Source of the DNA: Candidatus Latescibacterota bacterium
GTDB taxonomy: Bacteria; Latescibacterota; UBA2968; GCA-2709665
Length of the DNA stretch: 64,000 nucleotides
Direction of reading: 5' to 3'
Assembly (NCBI GenBank): GCA_965226795.1
Contig: CBDDDZ010000005.1
Location: 2,240,001-2,304,000, forward strand
This document shows positions 20,504 through 28,804 of this stretch, one piece after another; the first letter of the stretch is position 1, and each line of letters begins with the position of its first letter. Below the pieces are notes generated by a model. That model made no database searches and had not been told where the DNA came from. It saw only the letters and a program-made list of their open reading frames with translations. The position numbers and the translations under genes are program-made.

Positions 20504-21471
20504 TGCACAACACAATCTCCATCTCTCTTAAGGACTGGCTGCAGGTTATTAACGAAGAGTACCTTTCGTCTTTCGTCCGTGGTGGCGGCGCGTCGATCAA
20601 ATTCGCAGTGCCATCAGACGAGGGGTCCAGGGCTGGTATGTACGAAAAAATGGAGGCCCATTGCCATGAGTTGGACTATCTTTTCATTAAACTGAACGCG
20701 GGTACAATGCGTGCCCATATGCCGCAGGACTTCTTTTTTATGATCGCCAGGCAAGTCGATTGGCGGCTATTGGCTCGCCGCATGATTTTGGGGATGGCCG
20801 CCGAGCAGGGCTACCAGATTGGTGGAATCCGCCCCGGCGTAGACGGCAACGTCTTCGACGCCATCGCGACAGTCAACGGTCTCGAATCGGAGTTCGTGCT
20901 CGGAAACCTGAGGCTGACGATACAGAACACTGTCTTCAAGAACACAAAGATGGCGAGAGATTTCCGGATGTGTATGAGCCATCTTTGCATGGAAGAATAC
21001 AGCCGTGGCGGGTATACTGGCGAGCCGCTCCTGGAGTGGCTGACGGGTGAGAACACGCGAATTAGTGGCGTCCGGCCCTTTTCCATCTACACCAGTATCA
21101 ATCGTAACACGGCCAGATACTTCATCGAATCGGCCCTCTACTGGATTCATCATGTGGGGCACTCCGGAACTGTAGTATTGTTTGACAACGCACGCGTAAC
21201 GGTGGCTAGAAATCCGAAGGACGATCTGCGCTACTACACCAGAGCCATGGCGATGGAACACTACGAGTTACTGCGGGAATTTATCGACGGCGTTGACCGG
21301 TTGACGAGCACGGTACTGGTGGTCGTAACCAACAACGACTTCCTCGACGACAGTGGCGATCGCAGGTCCCGAGGCTACGGGATATATGAGGCCCTGCGCA
21401 CCCGCGTGATGGACGATGTTCGCGATAGGAACAGGGTCAATCCGGTCGCATCCCTGGTGAGGCTGACATAG
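20503..21471 (+). CDS. BrxD/DUF2791-like ATPase-fold protein with degenerate Walker motifs
   Basis: Same layout as the downstream ATPase, but the Walker A position reads KFAVPSDEGSR and Walker B reads VVLFDN; retains YELLREFID and YEALRTR motifs. Confidence 0.65.
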   Translation: MHNTISISLKDWLQVINEEYLSSFVRGGGASIKFAVPSDEGSRAGMYEKMEAHCHELDYLFIKLNAGTMRAHMPQDFFFMIARQVDWRLLARRMILGMAAEQGYQIGGIRPGVDGNVFDAIATVNGLESEFVLGNLRLTIQNTVFKNTKMARDFRMCMSHLCMEEYSRGGYTGEPLLEWLTGENTRISGVRPFSIYTSINRNTARYFIESALYWIHHVGHSGTVVLFDNARVTVARNPKDDLRYYTRAMAMEHYELLREFIDGVDRLTSTVLVVVTNNDFLDDSGDRRSRGYGIYEALRTRVMDDVRDRNRVNPVASLVRLT

Positions 21472-21485
21472 GAAGGTGGAAGGCA

Positions 21486-22754
21486 GTGGCAGTTTGCGCC
21501 GATAAACACAAATTCGCCTCCAGGCGAGCCCTGGAGGCTCTCCGAAACGGCGTACCCAACAGGGACGCAGTGAAGATATTGGGCTGCAACCAGCCTGAGG
21601 CTGAAGATCAGTTCGAAGACATGTTGAACAGGGCTACAGAAGGCGTCGACCTTTCGTCCGGCACTTTCGGGATGCTGGTCTCCGGCGATTTCGGCTCCGG
21701 GAAGTCTCACCTGCTTACTCACCTGGAAGATCAGGCCCTTTCCCGGGGTTTCGTCTGTAGCAAGGTGACCATCAGCAAGGAGACGCCGCTATACGACTTG
21801 GGCAAGGTATTCAAGTCGGCCGTGGATAACGCCCAGATGCCCGACCGCACCGGCCGGTTGATGGAGGAACTGGGACAGGCGTTGAAGCCCGATTCACAAA
21901 AATACGCCGGTTTCTTTAAGTGGGCAAACGACTCCGGCTCTAACGGGCTGAGCCAGATGTTCCCCGCCAGTCTGCTCGTTCACGAACGGGCGGGCGACCT
22001 CGAGCTGAACAACGAGATAGAGAACTTCTGGGCGGGTGACAGAATTTACATTTCCCGGGTCAAGAATGGCCTCAGGCAGATAGGGCAAAAGCAGAGTTAC
22101 ACCTTCCGAGCGCCCAGGGCCGCCGACCTGCCGCCCCAGCGTCTCCGTTTCGCCGTCCAGCTGATCAAGGCTGCTGGTTACAAGGGCTGGGTGGTGCTGC
22201 TGGACGAGATCGAACTCGTCGGTTCGTACTCTCTCCTGCAGCGGGGAAGGTCTTACGCCGAGCTGGCTCGCTGGCTGGGACAGGCCGCCAGCGGGTCCTA
22301 TCCCGGGCTGAGAACCGTGGGTTCCGTCACCAACGATTTTGCTTCCGCAATCATCACGGATGGAAAAAAAGACCGCGACTACGTGGTACCAAAGTTGGAT
22401 AGTACGGATCGTTACGAAAGTTTGAAGGTAGACGCCGATACCGGTATGAGATTGCTCATACGAGGATGTTCGCCGTTGAATCAACCAACAGACGCGGACG
22501 TTCAACTGACCATGGAGAATCTACGGAGACTCTACGCCGACGCCTACGGCTGGGATGCTCCCCCGGTGCCAATAAGGGCCGGCGGCGCCGGGTATCAGAA
22601 CCGGATGCGCTACAAGGTCCGCGCCGCCATCAACGAATGGGATTTGATGCGGCGCTATCCCGATTACCAACCCAACACCGAGGGCGAGGAGTTCCGACAC
22701 CCCTATGCAGAGAACGCCGACCTCGAACGAGAGTCCCGGGACGACACTGATTAG
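21486..22754 (+). CDS. BrxD/DUF2791-like P-loop ATPase
   Basis: RRALEALRNGVP N-terminus, Walker A GDFGSGKSH and Walker B VVLLDEIE. Confidence 0.82.
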   Translation: MAVCADKHKFASRRALEALRNGVPNRDAVKILGCNQPEAEDQFEDMLNRATEGVDLSSGTFGMLVSGDFGSGKSHLLTHLEDQALSRGFVCSKVTISKETPLYDLGKVFKSAVDNAQMPDRTGRLMEELGQALKPDSQKYAGFFKWANDSGSNGLSQMFPASLLVHERAGDLELNNEIENFWAGDRIYISRVKNGLRQIGQKQSYTFRAPRAADLPPQRLRFAVQLIKAAGYKGWVVLLDEIELVGSYSLLQRGRSYAELARWLGQAASGSYPGLRTVGSVTNDFASAIITDGKKDRDYVVPKLDSTDRYESLKVDADTGMRLLIRGCSPLNQPTDADVQLTMENLRRLYADAYGWDAPPVPIRAGGAGYQNRMRYKVRAAINEWDLMRRYPDYQPNTEGEEFRHPYAENADLERESRDDTD

Positions 22755-22789
22755 AAGGCGACCATTTCTCCTTCCTGGGGTATACTGAA

Positions 22790-24922
22790 TTGCCGGAACT
22801 TTTTAATGAACTTAAATCGGTGAATACGGGATCCGGCGCGGTGGCCTGGCTGCGGTTCGTCGAAGAAAAGGGCGGTAAAGGCATACGGGCGGCGCTATTC
22901 CAGACGTCCGCACAGGGTGAACCACTGGACTTCTGCTTCACCCGGACGATTTGCTCGGGGTCTGGCGGACAACTGGCAATCGTCAACCCGGGTTTCTTGC
23001 TATCGCTGGTAAAATCACTACTCAGAGCTATCACTTCGGTGCCAACGTTGATACTCGCTCGGGCCGATGAAGTACCTCATGGATCGATCAACGAAGAAAT
23101 AAAGGTACAAGTACCCTTTTGCCGTATCGCAACATCCGGTGTTCGGCCCAATGGCGAATCGGACGACCCTTATAACGAAGGCTATGAATTGCTTTGGGTT
23201 ACTGAAAAACCCAATCCGGATACCGAAGCGAGCCAACTTCTCGTAAAGATACTGGACCGGGGCAATCCCGCTGAACCTTTCGAACGGGCGACTGCAGGAT
23301 TGGACGTGGCCTTTGGCGACGATCGGATTCACGCTGTCACCGACCTTTCGGGTTTGGCCGTTGTAGTGAGCTTATCTTCATTGCCCGAACTCCTTGGATA
23401 TCCAGCCAGTGATTACTCGGCAATTCGTGAGAATATCCATAAGGCAAGTTCAGGCCCACGACCCGACGTAACTCTGGCCGAACGTTTGTGGACCGTTCTG
23501 GCCAATCCGCCGGAACCTTCGCGAACGATCCCGCTGCATTGGGCCGGTGACTTGATGCCCTTCCAGCAGCAGGGTGTCCGGGCTTTGCTGGAAAACCGCC
23601 GGCTGCTGTTAGCCGACGACATGGGCCTGGGTAAAACCGTACAGGCGATCACAGCCTTACGGATTCTCCGGGCACGTCGCGAAATCAAATCGTGCTTGAT
23701 CACGGCTCCTGCAAGCGTGCTGAACCAGTGGCGGCGCGAAATCGAAAAGTGGGCGCCTGAGCTTTCCGCCATCATCATCCGTGGTTCGGTATCGGACCGC
23801 AGTTGGCAGTGGCATGCCGAGAAAGAAATAACACTCGTGAGTTACGATACTCTGAGGTCCGACTTCAGCACCCAATCTCTGGTGGGTCGCAAAAACTGGG
23901 ATGTGGTCGTAGCGGACGAGGCTCAGAGGATCAAGAACCGCAACGATACGAGCGATGCCCTGAAGGGGTTGAAAAGAAATCGCTCCTGGGCTCTGACCGG
24001 CACCCCTATGGAAAATCGCGAAGAGGAGCTGGCCTCGATACTGGAGTTCGTTGATTATGACCGCACTGGAGTGACAAAGCGGTACCGTCCAGGTGTGGAA
24101 TTGCAGAGGCGTCACCGTGAGTTGCAGGTTCGACGCAAAAAAGCGGAGGTCTTGAAAGACCTGCCTGTCAAGCAGGTCACGAAGGTAGACATCGAGTTGG
24201 GCTCCCGCCAACGCGAGAGCTACGATAAGGCCGAACAGGAGGGCATCGTCTACCTCAAGTCTCTTGGCGCGGAAGTCAACGTGCGGCACGTGCTTGAGCT
24301 CATCACTCGCTTGAAGCAAATCTGCAATGCCGACCCAAAGACCGGTGAATCCAGCAAATTAGCAGACATCAAGGACCGCGTGGACCAACTGGTAGCACAG
24401 GGACACAAGACGCTAATCTTTTCGCAGTACGTCAGCGAAACATCCGGCGTGGGGGCCGTGGCCAACCATTTGCGGGATTTCATTCCGCTTACCATCACCG
24501 GAGACTTGCCTCAGCAGGAGCGAGCCGAAATCATCGAACGATTCAAAACCTGCAGCGAACACAAAGTGTTGGTACTGTCGCTGCGGGCGGGCGGTCTGGG
24601 ATTGAACCTGCAGGAGGCGTCCTACGTGATTCACCTGGACCGTTGGTGGAACCCGGCCGTGGAAAGTCAAGCCGAAGACCGAAGCCACCGCATCGGCCAG
24701 ACGGTCAAAGTCAACGTCATCAAGTATTCCTGCATCGGAACCATTGAGGAGCGTATTGACGATATTCTGGAGAACAAACGGGAACTGTTTAACCAACTCA
24801 TCGACGATGTGTCGATGGATCTGTCCGCCCAGTTGAACAGTGATGAACTTTTCGGGCTGTTCGGACTAGAACGGCAGCTCGACTCGTGCTTTCATCATAA
24901 AAAAGGACCAATCCAAAACTAA
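22790..24922 (+). CDS. SNF2-family helicase/translocase with ~250-aa uncharacterised N-terminal region
   Basis: LADDMGLGKT, DEAQ, TGTP, LKQICN, IFSQY, GGLGLNL and DRWWNPAVESQAEDRSHRIGQ; start uncertain (TTG 22790 or GTG 22820). Confidence 0.93.
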   Translation: MPELFNELKSVNTGSGAVAWLRFVEEKGGKGIRAALFQTSAQGEPLDFCFTRTICSGSGGQLAIVNPGFLLSLVKSLLRAITSVPTLILARADEVPHGSINEEIKVQVPFCRIATSGVRPNGESDDPYNEGYELLWVTEKPNPDTEASQLLVKILDRGNPAEPFERATAGLDVAFGDDRIHAVTDLSGLAVVVSLSSLPELLGYPASDYSAIRENIHKASSGPRPDVTLAERLWTVLANPPEPSRTIPLHWAGDLMPFQQQGVRALLENRRLLLADDMGLGKTVQAITALRILRARREIKSCLITAPASVLNQWRREIEKWAPELSAIIIRGSVSDRSWQWHAEKEITLVSYDTLRSDFSTQSLVGRKNWDVVVADEAQRIKNRNDTSDALKGLKRNRSWALTGTPMENREEELASILEFVDYDRTGVTKRYRPGVELQRRHRELQVRRKKAEVLKDLPVKQVTKVDIELGSRQRESYDKAEQEGIVYLKSLGAEVNVRHVLELITRLKQICNADPKTGESSKLADIKDRVDQLVAQGHKTLIFSQYVSETSGVGAVANHLRDFIPLTITGDLPQQERAEIIERFKTCSEHKVLVLSLRAGGLGLNLQEASYVIHLDRWWNPAVESQAEDRSHRIGQTVKVNVIKYSCIGTIEERIDDILENKRELFNQLIDDVSMDLSAQLNSDELFGLFGLERQLDSCFHHKKGPIQN

Positions 24923-25168
24923 TGTAGAGATGGGGCACAGCGTGATTCGAGCGGTGACCGAAATGCGCGAGACGCAAACCTGCCGCGTGTTTGCAGTTCC
25001 GTGGCAGGCAATCCACACGTGTCCGCGCCTTGCTGTGCCGATCTCGCGATGGCGCACAGTGTGATGCTCAACCCTGCCCTTCGGCCAACGCCCTTTTGCT
25101 GTCGTATATCTACCAATAGACGATATAATGCGATTCCCAGACCCTCGAGCCAAAAGGAGATCTCACAT

Positions 25169-25390
25169 TGCAGGCTCCGACACCGCAAGACAAACTGGCC
25201 GAATTTGACGCCCGCTCGTCGCGGATCGAGGGGATTGTTGAGCCGATGGATGCACGATTGAACAGCCTGCAGCACGACCGATGACGAGCAAGGCCAACGT
25301 AATATTTTGTCCTGGATTCGATGGCTTTTAGGAATCCAGATTACAAGCTTGATCACGCTTGGCACGCTCATTTTGATCGAGCTTGGATAA
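25169..25390 (+). pseudogene. Decayed small coiled-coil plus C-terminal TM protein
   Basis: AAAGGAG RBS, interrupted frames, and a final WIRWLLGIQITSLITLGTLILIELG*. Confidence 0.35.
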
Positions 25391-25463
25391 CCCCAACTGC
25401 GGGTTTCCAATTCCGCGAATATAGACCCGCGGCCTCATTGAAGCCCCTTCGACAAGCTCCTAA

Positions 25464-25623
25464 CAGTCCGTTGAAAAAGTCGCTCTGCAGGCGAGGCCGA
25501 GTCATTGTGGCCAAAGACAAGGCGCGCGACCGCGTCGAATCGGGGGATTCGGGGAGGGAGTGCAACGCAGTAATTCGGCCACAAGGGCCGGACGCAGCCC
25601 GGATGGACTTTTTCAACGGGCTG
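25464..25623 (+). mobile_element. 160-bp MITE (copy 1) with CTAA target duplication
   Basis: Terminal IRs CAGTCCGTTGAAAAAGT / ACTTTTTCAACGGGCTG, flanked by CTAA at 25460-25463 and 25624-25627. Confidence 0.85.
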
Positions 25624-25752
25624 CTAAGTGTCGGTACTGATGCATCCGTCAACGTTCGGCGTTGCTTCGCCATCTTCATTGTTCCCTATTTTCAAAAAAG
25701 GAAATAGTCTCACTATTATATGCACCGAGGGGTATTGCCTTCTATCCCGCAA

Positions 25753-26508
25753 TCATTCCTCCGATAAATCTGCCGCGATAACACTGAACGCGCCTTTCGG
25801 ATGCGTCTCATATTTGCCCTGTGTCAGCGCTCTTTCAAGTGCGGATTTCGCATTCTCGATAGGACGCAGGTTGTGACCGTTCAGGACAATCTCAAAGTCA
25901 TAATTTTCAAGGCGTACATACCTGCGTCTCATTTCGCTGGTACTGACTTCGCCATTCATCTGCAACCGGATCCCGCCTTCCTGAATCCAGTACGATACGG
26001 TCGCACCATCGAACCCTCCCCTCCGGGATTGTCCATATATCGTATCCGCGCAAATCAGGACCCGGGATGTCCTGGAAGCCCTCCACAATAGCCACATCTC
26101 ACCTCGTTTATCTCCTCACCAGATCGCGCGAATGTTCCCGGGAAGTAAATCGCCATCTCGATATAGTTCATCTGACTTCAGTCTGATGCGTGACCTGGCA
26201 GGGTCCAACTCCGGACCGTATACAGGTATCCTGAACCGTTTGCAGAACCACTCTACATCTCGTTCGTGGTTTGGACTCGTGCAGACGACAGCTTGAAATC
26301 GACCATCAGCATATTCCTTCAGGGCATTCAGAGCCTGTCTACCGATGGGCTGTATCGGATCAACCAGAATAGATCCATCGGATGTGGAAAGCAAATATGA
26401 CTGTTGAATGTCGTTATTGCCCCATGTCGTCCATCGAACCAGCCCTGGCTTTGGTTTTGTCCCGATCTCGACGAGAAACCTGGTGCCGTACTGAATAGGG
26501 GTCTCCAC
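25753..26508 (-). pseudogene. MBL-fold-like protein split by in-frame TGA at 26116-26118
   Basis: ILVDP, TSPNHERD, ICADT and LNGH motifs; the two ORFs are in the same frame (AIW*GDKRGE). Confidence 0.65.
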
Positions 26509-26631
26509 AGTTTTCCCCTTTCTCCAAAGCGACGTACCGGCGAAAAACAAAATTCCGAAGCTGTGCAATGAGCTTGGAAACTGCCAAATTGGATCTGTGC
26601 GACATCGGAAAGGGCTGTGCGGAGTTGGACT

Positions 26632-27015
26632 CTACTGTTGCATCATCTGGATGAGATTGCCGCACGTATCATCAAAGACCGCCAGGATAACGTCTTCCCA
26701 CTCCGTCGGCTCCATCGTAAATGTTACCCCGCGCGCCTTCAGTCGCTCAAACTCCGCATGAATATCGTCAACGCCAAAAGCCGTCGCGGCGATACCCTGT
26801 TCGAATATTCCTTTCTGGTATGCCTTCGCTACCGGATTCTCGTTCGGCTCGAGCAAAAGCTCAGTCCCGTCCTGGTCTTCGGGTGAAACGACGGTGAGCC
26901 ATTTGAACTCCCCGACGGGAACATCATGCTTTTTCACAAAACCAAGCGTTTCAGTATAGAACTTCAGGGCTTTGTCCTGGTCCTTCACAAATACACTATT
27001 GAGTATGATTTTCAT
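26632..27015 (-). CDS. VOC family protein
   Basis: SVFVKDQDKALKFYTETLGF...FDDTCGNLIQ. Confidence 0.93.
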   Translation of the reverse strand: MKIILNSVFVKDQDKALKFYTETLGFVKKHDVPVGEFKWLTVVSPEDQDGTELLLEPNENPVAKAYQKGIFEQGIAATAFGVDDIHAEFERLKARGVTFTMEPTEWEDVILAVFDDTCGNLIQMMQQ

Positions 27016-27097
27016 TTTGGTGTCACCCCGGTTTGGTGGTCCGTTTCAAGCGTGGGCGTCAAGCCCATTCTTGATGAATTTCCCCGCAGGTCGTTTT

Positions 27098-27898
27098 TCA
27101 CGCAGCCATGAAGTCGGCAAAAGTACATCCCTTTGGATGAAGGTAGTTGTACTTGAAGTACGACTTGAATCCGATTCTCCGGTAGACTGGTTCACCCATC
27201 GTCGAGGCCTGTCGTACGGCAATCCTGTACCCCAGTTGACGAGCGTCCTCCATCGGAGCCAGCGTCATCGTGGTTCCGATTCCCTGCCTTCGGTGCTCCG
27301 GCGAAACTTCCACCTGATACAGCCCGGCATCGCCCGATGACAGAAACATCATCGAAACTCCAACCGGCTCACCGTCAATTCTCCCCACATAAAGCTTAAC
27401 CATGGGCGACTGGATGAGAACCCTGAACATCTGGAATTCGAATAACGTGAAGAATGACAGCCATTCACGTAGTGCCCGGTCATCACTCACCCGCTCGATT
27501 CTGAGGTCGTCCGGGACCGGATGTCCCCCTTTCATCGTGTCCAATCTTATCGCCATCCATGGAGGATTGTGATCCATCGCCACGAATCCGTTGCTCAACA
27601 GATGCGCTCTCAGATTCTTCGGCTCTGCTTTCGGACCGAACTTCAGGAGCGGCGGAAGCTTCCTCTGCTCAATTTCCTCACGAATACGGTGTATGCGGCT
27701 CTCGAGAGTTTCGTCGCGGAAGCGAGGCTCGACGAGGTAGTTCGGCCACCACGGCTTGCCGATGACCGCGGTGAAGTCTTCCTCCCTCAAGATGGTTTTT
27801 CGGCCCACGGCGGCGGCAAAGAGGAACAGATCGATGTTGTTCTGCTCGATCGCAGCAGTGACTTGGAAATCCGAAAGGTCGTCCAACATAGAACACAT
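27098..27898 (-). CDS. GNAT N-acetyltransferase (C-terminal GNAT domain)
   Basis: VSPEHRRQGIG and GEPVYRRIGF. Confidence 0.85.
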   Translation of the reverse strand: MCSMLDDLSDFQVTAAIEQNNIDLFLFAAAVGRKTILREEDFTAVIGKPWWPNYLVEPRFRDETLESRIHRIREEIEQRKLPPLLKFGPKAEPKNLRAHLLSNGFVAMDHNPPWMAIRLDTMKGGHPVPDDLRIERVSDDRALREWLSFFTLFEFQMFRVLIQSPMVKLYVGRIDGEPVGVSMMFLSSGDAGLYQVEVSPEHRRQGIGTTMTLAPMEDARQLGYRIAVRQASTMGEPVYRRIGFKSYFKYNYLHPKGCTFADFMAA

Positions 27899-27908
27899 CT
27901 ATAGAGCC

Positions 27909-28508
27909 TCAGCGCCTGATTTCGCTGCGGAGTTTCGATACCAAGACCTCGTCGACGTCCGCAAATCGACACAATTCCGAAAGCAAGGTCTCCACATTCT
28001 CATCCGAATACGCCAGCCCTGGTCGACCCAGTTTCTGGCAGGCGCTGGTCATGTAGTGGTGCGCATCCCTTTCGCCCCGCCTGGATCGCTTCACCGCCCA
28101 GACGATATTCCAGAACGCGGACGTGGCGACAGACCAGTCCGGAAACGGTGAAGGCCATTTCTGAAGGGCGTCCCGGTCTGACCTGATATCGAGTTCTATC
28201 CTCCAAGAGACGGGATAGTCATGAAAATTGATCCGTACGTTCTGTGCCATCCGGTCGTTTTTCTGCTGTGGATCATACCGGACGGAAAGTGGGCCGAAAT
28301 GTCCGTTCAGACACTCTGCTAAAGAATCGAAGAATCCCTGCGTGAGTTCAACCTGGACATTGACTTCGAGGTCGACGTCGCTGTAATTATCGACTTTCCC
28401 TGTGGCGAATGAACCGATGAAGGTGACATTTCCCGGCTCGAGATGCCTCCGCAGGGCGTCGCGTACTGCGTTTCCGAACTGATGTATCGTCATCAAGCGT
28501 TTACCCAA
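27909..28508 (-). CDS. Nucleotidyltransferase domain protein
   Basis: GSFATGKVDNYSDVDL Pol-beta-type signature. Confidence 0.78.
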   Translation of the reverse strand: MGKRLMTIHQFGNAVRDALRRHLEPGNVTFIGSFATGKVDNYSDVDLEVNVQVELTQGFFDSLAECLNGHFGPLSVRYDPQQKNDRMAQNVRINFHDYPVSWRIELDIRSDRDALQKWPSPFPDWSVATSAFWNIVWAVKRSRRGERDAHHYMTSACQKLGRPGLAYSDENVETLLSELCRFADVDEVLVSKLRSEIRR

Positions 28509-28804
28509 TGCTTATTGCAGATGTGTTCCCTTCATTCAGGTGAGAACTGCAAACATCGACGATCTCATAATCGACAAATCCAAGGGTTTAGAATTGGACT
28601 CCAAAGACAGTGATGTGAGTTGATGAGGGTGGCAGGGGAAGATCCTTATGCCGTGTGGTGATGGGATTGTATAGCCAGGCCTACAGTGTGAGCTGGCGTA
28701 AACGAAACCTATCCCCACGGATGGAGGATGGCGGTGGAGTGATGGGGGAGTCGGTCAGGAAGGACCCGGTGAAGTGGATTCCCATGACGTAACGAAGCAT
28801 AGAT

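Noticed and set aside
19703..24922. Calling the operon BREX or Shango
   Set aside because: No PglZ, PglX, BrxC, TerB-like or Lhr-type gene is recognisable; only the ATPase family is shared.
2090..26118. Two in-frame TGA codons (2090 and 26116) as evidence of stop-codon recoding or selenocysteine
   Set aside because: Many intact genes here end in TGA, neither position looks catalytic, and ordinary nonsense mutation or sequencing error is simpler.
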